Shown here piece by piece: positions 38,309 to 49,165 of a stretch of 64,000 nucleotides of DNA (its first letter is position 1; each line of letters starts with the position of its first letter). The notes beneath the pieces are model-generated. The model saw only the letters and a program-made list of their open reading frames with translations. It did not search any database and was not told the origin of the DNA. The DNA comes from Bacteroidales bacterium H4. Lineage in GTDB: Bacteria > Bacillota > Clostridia > Lachnospirales > Lachnospiraceae. The stretch lies in the NCBI GenBank assembly GCA_963650795.1, contig CAVJMX010000002.1, positions 7,150 to 71,149 of the forward strand, written 5' to 3'. Both the position numbers and the translations under genes were made by a program.

Positions 38309-39391
38309 ATGGAGCTACATATTACCTGTATTCCCGGCGACGGCATCGGTCCTGAGATCGTTAGGGAGACAAAAAAAGTCTTAGACAAAGTTGCACATAA
38401 ATATGGTCATAAAATGATCTATAAAGATATTCTGATGGGAGGAGCCTCCATTGATGTCCACGGAGTACCCCTGACGGAGGAGGCAATTGCGGATGCCAAA
38501 GCGGCAGATGCAGTGCTGATGGGATCCATCGGCGGCAATACCACCACCTCCCCCTGGTACAAGCTGCCCCCCGAGAAACGTCCGGAAGCAGGTCTTTTGG
38601 CAATGCGTAAGGCATTGAACCTGTTTGCCAACTTAAGACCCGCCGTGCTCTATGATGAACTGGCAGGGGCATGTCCTCTGAAAGAGGAGATCAGCAAGGC
38701 AGGATTCGACATGCTGATCATGCGGGAACTGACCGGTGGACTGTATTTCGGTGAGCGCAAGACCATCGAAGAGAACGGTGTGAGAAAAGCCATCGATACC
38801 CTGACCTACGATGAGAACGAGATCCGTCGTATTGCCATCAAGGGATTTGATATTGCAAGAAAGCGCAGAAAGAAAGTCACCAGCGTGGATAAAGCAAACG
38901 TGCTGGATTCCTCCAGACTCTGGAGAAAAGTCGTAGAGGAAGTGGCAAAGGATTATCCCGATGTGACACTGGAGCATATGCTGGTAGACAACTGTGCCAT
39001 GCAGTTAGTGAAGGACCCCGCACAGTTTGATGTCATTCTGACAGAGAACATGTTCGGAGATATCCTTTCCGACGAGGCGAGCATGGTGACCGGCTCCATC
39101 GGAATGCTGGCAAGTGCCAGCTTAAACGATACGAAGTTCGGTCTGTATGAGCCCAGCCACGGTTCCGCACCGGATATTGCCGACAAAGATATTGCAAACC
39201 CTATTGCTACCGTATTAAGTGCCGCTATGATGCTTCGTTACAGCTTTGATCTGGATGAAGAGGCAGATGCCATTGAGGCAGCGGTGAAGAAGGTACTGCA
39301 GGACGGTTACCGTACCGGCGACATTATGTCCGAGGGCTGCACCCAGGTAGGCTGTACCGAGATGGGAACTTTATTAGCTGAACGCATCTAA
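38309..39391 (+). CDS. leuB: 3-isopropylmalate dehydrogenase
   Basis: [37 protein letters not shown]. Confidence 0.98.
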   Translation: MELHITCIPGDGIGPEIVRETKKVLDKVAHKYGHKMIYKDILMGGASIDVHGVPLTEEAIADAKAADAVLMGSIGGNTTTSPWYKLPPEKRPEAGLLAMRKALNLFANLRPAVLYDELAGACPLKEEISKAGFDMLIMRELTGGLYFGERKTIEENGVRKAIDTLTYDENEIRRIAIKGFDIARKRRKKVTSVDKANVLDSSRLWRKVVEEVAKDYPDVTLEHMLVDNCAMQLVKDPAQFDVILTENMFGDILSDEASMVTGSIGMLASASLNDTKFGLYEPSHGSAPDIADKDIANPIATVLSAAMMLRYSFDLDEEADAIEAAVKKVLQDGYRTGDIMSEGCTQVGCTEMGTLLAERI

Positions 39392-39419
39392 AATAGAGAA
39401 GAGAAAGAGAGATATAACT

Positions 39420-41096
39420 ATGAGAAGTGATTCCGTAAAAACTGGAACTGCCCAGGCACCCCACAGAAGTCTGTTCAATGCCCTGGGATTTACCGAAGAA
39501 GAGAGAAGACGCCCCATGATCGGTATCGTCAGCTCCTTCAATGAGATCGTACCCGGACATATGAATCTGGATAAGATCACCGAAGCTGTAAAAATGGGTG
39601 TAGCTATGGCAGGCGGTATGCCGGTAGTATTCCCCGCTATCGCTGTATGCGACGGTATTGCCATGGGACATGTGGGAATGAAGTATTCCCTAGTGACCAG
39701 AGATCTGATCGCCGACAGTACTGAGTGTATGGCAATGGCTCACGGCTTTGACGGTCTGGTATGTATCCCTAACTGTGATAAGAATGTACCCGGACTTTTG
39801 ATGGCAGCAGCCAGAGTAAATATTCCCACCATTTTCGTATCCGGCGGTCCTATGTTAGCCGGTCATGTACATGGACAGAAGAGAAGCTTATCTTCCATGT
39901 TCGAGGCAGTGGGAAGCGTGGCAGCGGGTACCATGACCATGGACGAACTGGCAGAGTTCGAGGAAAAGGTATGCCCTACCTGTGGTTCCTGCTCCGGCAT
40001 GTATACCGCGAACTCCATGAACTGCCTGACTGAGGCAATCGGTATGGGACTTCGCGGCAACGGTACGATCCCTGCCGTATATTCCGAGCGTATCCGCTTG
40101 GCAAAACATGCCGGCATGAAGATCATGGAACTGGTGGAGAAGAATATTCGCCCCAGAGACATCATGACACCGGAAGCATTTAGGAACGCACTGACCGTAG
40201 ATATGGCACTGGGCTGTTCTACAAATACCATGCTGCATCTGCCCGCGATCGCGAGAGAAGCAGGCGTGGAACTGAATCTGGAGATCGCCAACGAGATCTC
40301 TGCCAAGACTCCGAACCTGTGCCATCTGGCACCTGCAGGTCCTACTTATATGGAAGACCTGAACGAGGCAGGCGGTGTCTATGCGGTAATGAACGAACTG
40401 TCCAAGAAGGGACTGTTGAACCTTGACTGCCTGACTGCCAACGGCACGACAGTAGGAGAGAATATCAAGAATTGTGTCAATAAGAATCCGGAAGTCATTC
40501 GTCCTGTGGAGAATCCTTACTCCGAGACCGGCGGTATCGCAGTATTAAAGGGTAATCTGGCACCGGACAGCGGCGTAGTCAAGAGATCCGCAGTGGCACC
40601 GGAGATGCTGGTACACGAAGGACCCGCCAGAGTATTTGACTGTGAAGAGGATGCCATCGATGCTATTAAGTCCGGCAGAATCGTAGCAGGAGATGTGGTA
40701 GTCATCCGTTACGAAGGACCCAAGGGCGGTCCCGGTATGCGTGAGATGCTGAATCCCACCTCTGCCATTGCCGGCATGGGACTGGGTTCCAGCGTAGCAC
40801 TGATCACCGACGGACGTTTCTCCGGCGCTTCCCGTGGCGCATCCATCGGACATGTATCCCCGGAAGCTGCTGTAGGCGGACCCATCGCACTGGTGGAAGA
40901 GGGCGATATCATCCGTATCAATATTCCGGAGAACAAACTGGATGTCCTGGTATCCGACGAAGAACTGGCAGCCAGAAGAGCAAAATGGCAGCCCAGAGAG
41001 CCCAAGATCACCACAGGATACCTGGCAAGATATCATGAACTGGTGACCAGCGGCAACCGCGGTGCGGTACTGGAAGCACCTTCTCAGAAGAACTAA
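39420..41096 (+). CDS. ilvD: Dihydroxy-acid dehydratase
   Basis: [33 protein letters not shown]. Confidence 0.98.
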   Translation: MRSDSVKTGTAQAPHRSLFNALGFTEEERRRPMIGIVSSFNEIVPGHMNLDKITEAVKMGVAMAGGMPVVFPAIAVCDGIAMGHVGMKYSLVTRDLIADSTECMAMAHGFDGLVCIPNCDKNVPGLLMAAARVNIPTIFVSGGPMLAGHVHGQKRSLSSMFEAVGSVAAGTMTMDELAEFEEKVCPTCGSCSGMYTANSMNCLTEAIGMGLRGNGTIPAVYSERIRLAKHAGMKIMELVEKNIRPRDIMTPEAFRNALTVDMALGCSTNTMLHLPAIAREAGVELNLEIANEISAKTPNLCHLAPAGPTYMEDLNEAGGVYAVMNELSKKGLLNLDCLTANGTTVGENIKNCVNKNPEVIRPVENPYSETGGIAVLKGNLAPDSGVVKRSAVAPEMLVHEGPARVFDCEEDAIDAIKSGRIVAGDVVVIRYEGPKGGPGMREMLNPTSAIAGMGLGSSVALITDGRFSGASRGASIGHVSPEAAVGGPIALVEEGDIIRINIPENKLDVLVSDEELAARRAKWQPREPKITTGYLARYHELVTSGNRGAVLEAPSQKN

Positions 41097-41126
41097 GTGA
41101 TAATAAAAGACCGGAGGGATTTTGCA

Positions 41127-42806
41127 ATGCAGTTAACAGGATCAGAAATTCTGGTAGAATGCCTGAAGGAGCAGGGGGTAGACACCGTATTCGGCTACCC
41201 CGGCGGGGCAATCCTTAATATTTACGATGCACTTTATAAGCACAGTGGGGAAATCAAGCATATTCTGACTTCCCATGAACAGGGAGCGGCACATGCAGCG
41301 GACGGCTATGCGAGAGCTACCGGTAAGGTAGGGGTCTGCATGGCGACCAGCGGCCCCGGAGCCACCAACCTGGTCACCGGTATCGCGACAGCTTACATGG
41401 ATTCTGTTCCCATGGTGGCGATCACCGCCAACGTTACGTTACCGTTACTTGGCAAGGACAGCTTCCAGGAGGTGGATATTGCCGGTGTGACCATGCCGAT
41501 CACGAAGCATGGCTATATCGTGAAAAATGTGGAGATTTTGGCAGATACCATCCGTAAGGCGTTCCACATTGCCAGAAGCGGCAGACCCGGTCCGGTACTG
41601 ATCGATATCACGAAGGATGTAACCGCAGCAACCTGCGAATACACCCCTGTGACCATTGAACCCGAAGAGAGAGTGACCCGTTACACCAGAGAAGAACTGA
41701 TGCTGGTAGCGGAGATGATCCATAAGGCGAAAAAACCGTACATCTATCTAGGCGGTGGAGCCATTATCTCCGGCGCAAGCGAAGAAGTGGCACAGTTCGC
41801 AGAACTCATCGATGCTCCGGTATGCGACACCCTGATGGGTAAGGGAGCCTTTGACGGCAGAAGCGAGCGCTATACCGGTATGATCGGTATGCATGGCACT
41901 AAGGCTTCCAACTTAGGTGTCAGCGAGTGCGACCTGTTAGTTGCACTGGGAGCCAGATTCTCCGATCGTGTGACCGGCAATCCGAAGAAGTTCGCGGAGA
42001 ATGCAAGAATTATCCAGTTGGATGTGGATGCTGCGGAGATTAATAAAAATATCCGTGTGGATGCTTCTCTGATTGGTGATCTGAAGAAGACGCTGACCGA
42101 ATTAAATGCCTGCCTGTCCAAACAGGAACATCCGGAGTGGATAGCGCATATCAAAGAATTAAAGGAAAAATATCCTCTGAAATACGACGATGAGACTCTG
42201 TCCTGCCCTTATATCATGCAGGAGATCGACCGTGTAACGAACGGAGAGGCGATTATTTCCACCGATGTGGGACAGCACCAGATGTGGGCAGCACAGTATT
42301 ACCATTATACGAAGCCCCGCACCTTCCTGTCTTCCGGTGGACTTGGTACCATGGGCTACGGTCTGGGAGCCTGTATCGGCGCACAGATCGGTCAGCCGGA
42401 TAAGATCTGCATCAACATCGCCGGCGACGGATGCTTCCGCATGAATATGAACGAACTGGCGACTGCCAGCCGTTACAACATTCCCATTATCCAGGTAGTC
42501 ATCAACAACCAGGTACTGGGCATGGTTAGACAGTGGCAGACACTGTTCTACGGAAAGCGTTATTCCCAGACTGTGCTGAAAGATAAAGTGGATTTCTGTA
42601 AGGTGGCAGAAGGACTGGGCTGTACCGCCATCCGCGTGACCAAAAAGGAAGAAGTGGCACCCGCCATCGAGAAAGCCATCGCTCTGAAGGCACCCGTAAT
42701 GATCGAGTGCATGATCCCGGAGGATGATAAGGTATTCCCCATGGTTCCGGCAGGAGCCCCTATCAGCGAAGTGTTTGACGGAGATGATTTGAAAAGGCAG
42801 TCCTGA
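41127..42806 (+). CDS. ilvB: Acetolactate synthase large subunit
   Basis: FGYPGGA, HEQGA, TSGPGATN, GDG...NN ThDP motif. Confidence 0.97.
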   Translation: MQLTGSEILVECLKEQGVDTVFGYPGGAILNIYDALYKHSGEIKHILTSHEQGAAHAADGYARATGKVGVCMATSGPGATNLVTGIATAYMDSVPMVAITANVTLPLLGKDSFQEVDIAGVTMPITKHGYIVKNVEILADTIRKAFHIARSGRPGPVLIDITKDVTAATCEYTPVTIEPEERVTRYTREELMLVAEMIHKAKKPYIYLGGGAIISGASEEVAQFAELIDAPVCDTLMGKGAFDGRSERYTGMIGMHGTKASNLGVSECDLLVALGARFSDRVTGNPKKFAENARIIQLDVDAAEINKNIRVDASLIGDLKKTLTELNACLSKQEHPEWIAHIKELKEKYPLKYDDETLSCPYIMQEIDRVTNGEAIISTDVGQHQMWAAQYYHYTKPRTFLSSGGLGTMGYGLGACIGAQIGQPDKICINIAGDGCFRMNMNELATASRYNIPIIQVVINNQVLGMVRQWQTLFYGKRYSQTVLKDKVDFCKVAEGLGCTAIRVTKKEEVAPAIEKAIALKAPVMIECMIPEDDKVFPMVPAGAPISEVFDGDDLKRQS

Positions 42807-44215
42807 TGAAAAAGACAACGAAAAGATTAGTTTTAGCAGTGCTGAACGTAATTCTGCTTTTGCTGACAGTGTACTTTGCCCTGGCATTTTATTACAGAGA
42901 AGGTTTTTCTGTAAATACCTGGATCAACGGAGTATACTGTACCGGCAAGACAGTGGAAGAGGTGAATTCGGAGCTGCTGTCACATACAGAAGCTCCGAAT
43001 ATTGTCATTGTGGATAAAGAGGGAGAGGAGTATACAATCTCTCTTACGGACATAGATTATCGGGCAGATTTCCGCAGCGAACTGGAAGCCTACCGGCTGG
43101 AACAGAATTCTTATCTGTGGATAGACAATGTTCTGTTCCATTCCAGACGGACACTGACACCTGCGGTGACTGTGGATGAGACAGCACTTCGCACAGCCTA
43201 CGATGCCCTGGGCTTCGTACAGGCGGAACAGAAGAAAAGCAAAGATTACAGCCTTACCCGGGATGCGGAAGGAGCATACGTCTTCATAGACGGGCTTACG
43301 AATCGCATCGATCTGGAGAAGGCTTTTTTGGCGTTAAAGAACAATGTGGAGAACGGGCAGGAGACATTGAATCTACAGGACAGTGGATGCTACTATGACA
43401 TTGCTCCGGATGAGGCACAAAAAGCTCTGCGGAACCTTTGGAAAGAGATTGAGAGATTTCAGACCTGTGATATCGTCTATTGTTTTGGCGAAGAGAGACA
43501 TCCGGTGACGGCGGCGGACTGTGCTTCTTTTCTGGTGACGGAGAACGGACTCCCGGTGCAGGATGAGAAGGGAAGCTTTGTACTGGACGAAGAAGCTGTG
43601 ACAGCGTATGTGCAGAAATTGGCGGAAGAATATGACGGCTATGGACGCACCAGACAGTTCCAGAGCACCAGAGGAGATGTGATCACCATCGAGGGCGGCA
43701 CCTACGGCAGCAAGCTGGATCAGAAAAAAGAGGTGGCATATCTGATGGAGCATCTGTTAGATCCCGGTGTACATACCGGTACCCCGCAGTCCCACATTCC
43801 CACCTATGAGAGAGAAGCATTCTGTTATGGGAAAAATGACATCGGTGATACTTACATAGAAGTGGATATGACACAGCAGAAAATGTATTATTACGAAAAA
43901 GGAGTGCTGCGGCTGGAGACCGACATCGTCACCGGCAATATGCGCCGCCGTATGGGAACGCCGGAGGGCGTGAATTTCGTCTACAACAAGCAGAAGGACC
44001 GAATCTTACGGGGACCGGGCTATGCGTCCCCTGTGAAATTCTGGGTGCCCGTGAAGGGCAGCATCGGTATCCACGATGCCAGCTGGAGAAAAGAATTCGG
44101 TGGAGAGATCTACCAGACGGCAGGATCCCACGGCTGTATCAATACGCCGAAGGACAAAATGGAAGAATTATACGAAATGGTACAGATCGGCACCCCTGTC
44201 GTAATGTTTTATTAA
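42806..44215 (+). CDS. Membrane-anchored L,D-transpeptidase (YkuD catalytic domain, Ldtfm-like)
   Basis: N-terminal TM; C-terminal GIHDASWR...GSHGCIN. Confidence 0.92.
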   Translation: MKKTTKRLVLAVLNVILLLLTVYFALAFYYREGFSVNTWINGVYCTGKTVEEVNSELLSHTEAPNIVIVDKEGEEYTISLTDIDYRADFRSELEAYRLEQNSYLWIDNVLFHSRRTLTPAVTVDETALRTAYDALGFVQAEQKKSKDYSLTRDAEGAYVFIDGLTNRIDLEKAFLALKNNVENGQETLNLQDSGCYYDIAPDEAQKALRNLWKEIERFQTCDIVYCFGEERHPVTAADCASFLVTENGLPVQDEKGSFVLDEEAVTAYVQKLAEEYDGYGRTRQFQSTRGDVITIEGGTYGSKLDQKKEVAYLMEHLLDPGVHTGTPQSHIPTYEREAFCYGKNDIGDTYIEVDMTQQKMYYYEKGVLRLETDIVTGNMRRRMGTPEGVNFVYNKQKDRILRGPGYASPVKFWVPVKGSIGIHDASWRKEFGGEIYQTAGSHGCINTPKDKMEELYEMVQIGTPVVMFY

Positions 44216-44283
44216 TAAAACAGACATTTTCTGACAAAATGTGTGCCGGATGCGAACATTTTGAAAATAATTTAACAATGTAG

Positions 44284-44312
44284 TTGACTAAAGCAAATGA
44301 AAAGCTTATTCT
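44284..44312 (+). promoter_or_regulatory. Putative sigma-A promoter of serC-serA
   Basis: TTGACT-N17-TATTCT. Confidence 0.55.
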
Positions 44313-44363
44313 ATACCTATGCTTTTTATAAAAATTTAGAAAATATCGAGGAGGTCTTTGAAA

Positions 44364-45446
44364 ATGGCAAGAGTGTATAACTTTTCCGCAGGCCCTGCCG
44401 TACTTCCGGAGGAAGTATTACAGGAAGCAGCCGATGAAATGCTGGATTATAGAGGAACCGGCATGTCCGTAATGGAGATGAGCCATCGATCTAAAGCCTA
44501 TGATACGATCATTAAGGAAGCGGAAGCTGATCTCAGAGAACTGATGAATATCCCGGATAACTACAAGGTACTGTTCTTACAGGGCGGTGCGAGCCAGCAG
44601 TTCGCCATGATCCCCATGAATCTGATGAAGAACCGTGTAGCAGACTATATCGTAACCGGTCAGTGGGCGAAGAAAGCTTACCAGGAAGCTTCCCTGTACG
44701 GTAAGGCAAATAAGATCGCATCTTCCGAGGATAAGACTTTCTCTTATATTCCCGATTGTTCCGATCTGCCCATCAGCGAAGATGCAGATTACGTGTACAT
44801 ATGCGAGAATAATACGATCTACGGCACGAAGTTCAAGACCTTGCCCAATACTAAGGGTAAGCCGCTTGTTGCGGATGTGTCCAGCTGCTTCTTATCCGAG
44901 CCGGTAGATGTAACCAAGTACGGCGTGATCTACGGCGGTGTACAGAAAAATATCGGACCCGCAGGCGTAGTCATCGTTATCATCAGAGAGGATCTGATTA
45001 CCGAGGATGTACTGCCCGGGACTCCTACCATGCTGCGTTACAAGACCCATGCGGATGCAAACTCCCTGTACAATACCCCGCCCGCATACGGCATCTATAT
45101 CTGCGGCAAGGTATTCAAATGGCTGAAGAAGATGGGCGGTCTGGAAGTCATGAAGGAGCGCAACGAGAAAAAAGCGAAGATCCTGTATGATTATCTGGAC
45201 GAGAGCAAGCTCTTCAAGGGTACCGTCCGCAAGGAAGACAGATCCCTGATGAACGTTCCTTTTATCACAGGAAGTGAAGAACTGGATGCAAAATTTGTGA
45301 AAGAGGCGAAGGAAGCAGGCTTCGAGAACCTGAAGGGTCATAGAACCGTAGGCGGCATGAGAGCAAGTATCTACAACGCAATGCCTATCGAAGGTGTAGA
45401 GAAGCTGGTAGAGTTCATGAAGAAGTTTGAAGCGGAGAACATATAA
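44364..45446 (+). CDS. serC: Phosphoserine aminotransferase
   Basis: NFSAGPA, EMSHRS, QKNIGPAG, GHRTVGGMRAS. Confidence 0.98.
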   Translation: MARVYNFSAGPAVLPEEVLQEAADEMLDYRGTGMSVMEMSHRSKAYDTIIKEAEADLRELMNIPDNYKVLFLQGGASQQFAMIPMNLMKNRVADYIVTGQWAKKAYQEASLYGKANKIASSEDKTFSYIPDCSDLPISEDADYVYICENNTIYGTKFKTLPNTKGKPLVADVSSCFLSEPVDVTKYGVIYGGVQKNIGPAGVVIVIIREDLITEDVLPGTPTMLRYKTHADANSLYNTPPAYGIYICGKVFKWLKKMGGLEVMKERNEKKAKILYDYLDESKLFKGTVRKEDRSLMNVPFITGSEELDAKFVKEAKEAGFENLKGHRTVGGMRASIYNAMPIEGVEKLVEFMKKFEAENI

Positions 45447-45460
45447 GGGGGAAGAAAACT

Positions 45461-46624
45461 ATGTTTCAGATCAATTGCCTGAATCCCATTTCCAAAGTGG
45501 GACTGGATCGTCTGACAGCAGACTATAAAGTAACCGATAACATTAACGACGCAGAGGGCGTTCTGGTTCGCAGTGCTTCCATGCACGAAATGGATCTGCC
45601 GGATAATCTGCTGGCAGTAGCCAGAGCCGGAGCCGGTGTCAACAACATCCCTCTGGATAAATGTGCGGAAAAAGGTATCGTGGTATTCAATACGCCCGGT
45701 GCCAATGCCAACGGCGTAAAAGAGCTGGTGATCGCAGGCATGCTTTTGGCAGCCCGTGATGTGGTAGGCGGTATCGAATGGGTCAAGGCATCCAAAGACA
45801 ATGCTGACATTGCCAAAGCCGCTGAAAAAGAAAAGAAGAAATTCGCCGGTACCGAAGTCATGGGCAAGAAGCTCGGTGTCATCGGTCTGGGCGCCATCGG
45901 TGTCAAGGTGGCAAATACCGCAGTAAGCCTCGGCATGGAGGTCTATGGTTACGATCCTTACGTATCCGTCAATGCCGCATGGAACTTAAGCCGTTCCGTC
46001 AAGCATGTGATGAACGTGGAAGAGATCTACGCAAACTGCGATTATATTACCGTACATGTACCTCTGATGGATTCCACCAAGGGCATGATCAATAAGGAAG
46101 CTATCGACAAGATGAAGGACGGCGTGATCCTGCTGAACTTCGCAAGAGATCTGCTGGCCGATGAGGCAGATGTACTGGAAGCATTAAAGAGCGGAAAAGT
46201 AGCCCGTTACGTGTCCGACTTCCCGAATCCCACCACCGCAGGACAGCCCGGCTGTATCGTGATTCCTCATCTTGGTGCCAGCACCGAGGAATCCGAGGAT
46301 AACTGTGCGAAGATGGCAGTGGAAGAGCTGATGGATTATCTGGAAAATGGTAATATCCGCAACAGTGTCAACTATCCTGCATGTGATATGGGTGTGTGCA
46401 GCAAAGCGGGCAGAATTGCTATTTTCCATAAAAATATTGCCAATATGCTGACCCAGTTCACAGCAGTCATCGGTGAGAAGAGCATTAACATCTCCGATAT
46501 GACCAACAAATCCCGCGGAGAAGTGGCATACACCATGCTGGATATCGAAGATGCGGCAACACCGGATCTGGTAGAGTCCCTGCAGAAGATCGACGGTGTC
46601 TTCCGTGTACGTGTAGTCAGGTAG
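45461..46624 (+). CDS. serA: D-3-phosphoglycerate dehydrogenase with C-terminal ACT domain
   Basis: RAGAGVNN, GLGAIG, PHLGAST; follows serC. Confidence 0.95.
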   Translation: MFQINCLNPISKVGLDRLTADYKVTDNINDAEGVLVRSASMHEMDLPDNLLAVARAGAGVNNIPLDKCAEKGIVVFNTPGANANGVKELVIAGMLLAARDVVGGIEWVKASKDNADIAKAAEKEKKKFAGTEVMGKKLGVIGLGAIGVKVANTAVSLGMEVYGYDPYVSVNAAWNLSRSVKHVMNVEEIYANCDYITVHVPLMDSTKGMINKEAIDKMKDGVILLNFARDLLADEADVLEALKSGKVARYVSDFPNPTTAGQPGCIVIPHLGASTEESEDNCAKMAVEELMDYLENGNIRNSVNYPACDMGVCSKAGRIAIFHKNIANMLTQFTAVIGEKSINISDMTNKSRGEVAYTMLDIEDAATPDLVESLQKIDGVFRVRVVR

Positions 46625-46658
46625 AATCTTTTATTACAGAAATATTGAAAACAACAGA

Positions 46659-46709
46659 CAGGCATTTTCTGCATAGTACAAGTACTGTGTGGAGAATGTC
46701 TGATTTTTT
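46659..46709 (+). terminator. Intrinsic terminator after serA
   Basis: ~20-bp stem with G-U pairs (CAGGCATTTTCTGCATAGTAC / GTACTGTGTGGAGAATGTCTG) followed by ATTTTTT. Confidence 0.75.
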
Positions 46710-46816
46710 GTACAAAAGTTCATAAAATCTTAAGATGCTTTTATGCTACGTATCAGTTATAATGGATAGAGGATTTGACGGAAATAATGACAGCCCAAAA
46801 GAGGAGCGAGGAGAAA

Positions 46817-49120
46817 ATGATAAAAAAATTTGTAAAAAGAAGCATAACGATGGCGCTGGCTGCGGTCATGACGGTGTCTTTTATAGCCTGTGGCAATCAG
46901 GATACTGCAAAACAGCAGAATTCCGAGGCAGGGCAGGCTGATTATGTTTATGTCCCGGAGTATTTTACGATCAATGAAGGCAACGAAAGTGAAAATACCA
47001 GCTATTCCCAAATGAATCTGGTAGGGGATGAATTGTATTATGTCGAGAATGTATGGGATGGAAGCTCAGCACAGGGCAGCAATGATATTTGCAAATTCTC
47101 TCTGACAGACCAAAGCAGTGTCAAGATTATGTCCATTGTCAATGATAATGGTGGCCTGAATGCAATGCAGGCTGATGCAGAAGGCAATCTCTATACGATA
47201 GAGTATCAATACGCTGCAACAGAGGGAGAAGCAGACACACAGCAGACCTGGCTTCGTAAATATAATTCGGAGGGTACTGCACAATGGGAGCAGGAGCTTA
47301 CCGATATTTTGTCACAGAATGAAGATAATTCCTATGTTGCAGGTATGTGTATTGACGGACAGGGCAGAATCTATCTGAAATCCGAAACGGGTGTCCGTCT
47401 GTTTGATGCTGAGGGACAGTATCAGGGGGATATCAGTATTGACAGCAGCTGGCTTCAGAATCTTGGCATGGGAAAGGACGGCAAAGTATATGCCAGCTAT
47501 TATAACAATGCAAATGCAGGATATGTGCTGACAGAGCTGGATTATGACAACAAGAAGCTGGGTCAGACATACACAGGCTTTCCCAGCGCAAATAGCAGCA
47601 CCGGCAATCTGCAGAGCGGCATCAATGGAGATTTCCTTGTAAATTCTTCGGGAACTCTGTATGAATATTCCCTGGCAGATCAGAAAACAACAGAAGTGTT
47701 ACAATGGCTGGACTGTGATATTAACGGTGATTATGTGAATTATGCCGCTGCAACGGAGGATGGTGACATCCTTGCGGTAATCGTTGACTGGAACACAAAT
47801 GAAATGTCCCTGGCAAAGCTTAAAAAGACTCCTGCCGGTGAAGTGGCGCAGAAGACACAGATCGTCATCGGTACCTTATATACCGACCAGGCGCTGCAGG
47901 CCGCAGCAGTAAAATTTAACAAGAATAATACGCAGTATCATGTGAGCATCAAAACTTATGTAGACGAGAACAACTGGACAGATACCACTTGGAGTGATGC
48001 GATTACCGCACTGAACAATGATATTATATCCGGCACGGATTGCCCGGATATTTTGGATCTGTCAAATCTGGATGTAAAATCTCTGGCGTCAAAGGGAGTT
48101 TTTGAGGATATAAACCCGTATCTTGAGAAGAGTACACTGCTTGACAAGGATGATTTCTTCCAGAGCATTCTTGACAGCTATACCTTTGATGATAAGCTTG
48201 TGTGTATCCCGAAGAGTTTTATGCTGAACACAGTTGTCGGTAAAACAGCAGATGTGGGAGACAAGATGGGCTGGACCATCGAAGATGTCATGGCACTGGC
48301 ACAGAAGCATCCTGATGCTGAGCTGTTCGATGGCATGACCAAGGACTCTATGCTGTATATGTTGGTAGGATATGATCTGGACAGTTATATTGACTGGAGC
48401 ACCGGAAAATGCAATTTTGATTCTGAGAATTTCCAGAAGGTGCTGGAATTTATCAATTCCTTCCCGGATGAATATACTTATGATGAAAATGCAAAGTCCA
48501 CTCCTGCGAAGATTCAGGCGGGAGAACTTCTGCTGAATACAGCAGGAATTTATCAGCTGGTGTCTATTCAGGAGAGTGAAGCCATGTTCGGAGAGCCGGT
48601 TACCTTTGTAGGATATCCGAATGATAACGGTAACAGCGGGTGCTATATGTCAGCGAACAATCTGTATGCCATTGCAGGAAAGTCCGGCAACAAGGATGGC
48701 GCGTGGGCATTTATTGAAGATTTGCTGAATTCTCCTTTGGATGAAGCTTTTTCATATGGGCTGCCGAGCAGAAAATCTGCATTAAATGAATTGATAGAGA
48801 AAGAGATGAATCCTGTATACATGACAGATGAAAATGGCAATCAGATACTGGATGAGAATGGAAATCCTATTCCGGAGAACGGTACAAGTGGCATCAGCTG
48901 GGGTGACTGGGAGTATACCTATCATACACCGACTCAGGAGGAGGTAGATGTTCTCCTGGAGCTGATCGACGCATCTATGCCGGTCTCTGTAGGAAATGAT
49001 GAGATTAATAATATTATCACAGAAGAGGCAGCAGCTTATTTCAAGGGACAGAAGACGGCGTCTGATGTTGCCAATATCATTCAGAGCCGTGTGCAGATCT
49101 ATGTCAATGAAAACAGCTGA
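46817..49120 (+). CDS. Large extracellular solute-binding lipoprotein (beta-rich N-terminal domain plus SBP family 1-like domain)
   Basis: Lipobox FIAC; DAEG/DGQG beta-repeat motifs; PDILDL, AWAFIE, IQSRVQIY. Confidence 0.85.
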   Translation: MIKKFVKRSITMALAAVMTVSFIACGNQDTAKQQNSEAGQADYVYVPEYFTINEGNESENTSYSQMNLVGDELYYVENVWDGSSAQGSNDICKFSLTDQSSVKIMSIVNDNGGLNAMQADAEGNLYTIEYQYAATEGEADTQQTWLRKYNSEGTAQWEQELTDILSQNEDNSYVAGMCIDGQGRIYLKSETGVRLFDAEGQYQGDISIDSSWLQNLGMGKDGKVYASYYNNANAGYVLTELDYDNKKLGQTYTGFPSANSSTGNLQSGINGDFLVNSSGTLYEYSLADQKTTEVLQWLDCDINGDYVNYAAATEDGDILAVIVDWNTNEMSLAKLKKTPAGEVAQKTQIVIGTLYTDQALQAAAVKFNKNNTQYHVSIKTYVDENNWTDTTWSDAITALNNDIISGTDCPDILDLSNLDVKSLASKGVFEDINPYLEKSTLLDKDDFFQSILDSYTFDDKLVCIPKSFMLNTVVGKTADVGDKMGWTIEDVMALAQKHPDAELFDGMTKDSMLYMLVGYDLDSYIDWSTGKCNFDSENFQKVLEFINSFPDEYTYDENAKSTPAKIQAGELLLNTAGIYQLVSIQESEAMFGEPVTFVGYPNDNGNSGCYMSANNLYAIAGKSGNKDGAWAFIEDLLNSPLDEAFSYGLPSRKSALNELIEKEMNPVYMTDENGNQILDENGNPIPENGTSGISWGDWEYTYHTPTQEEVDVLLELIDASMPVSVGNDEINNIITEEAAAYFKGQKTASDVANIIQSRVQIYVNENS

Positions 49121-49165
49121 CATCTCAAGGAACAGGAATAGCAGAGAGAAAAGGAAGGCATTGCA

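Noticed and set aside
44225..44343. CodY-box-like sequences upstream of serC
   Set aside because: Best matches have 4 mismatches to AATTTTCWGAAAATT in AT-rich DNA; too weak without a matrix scan.
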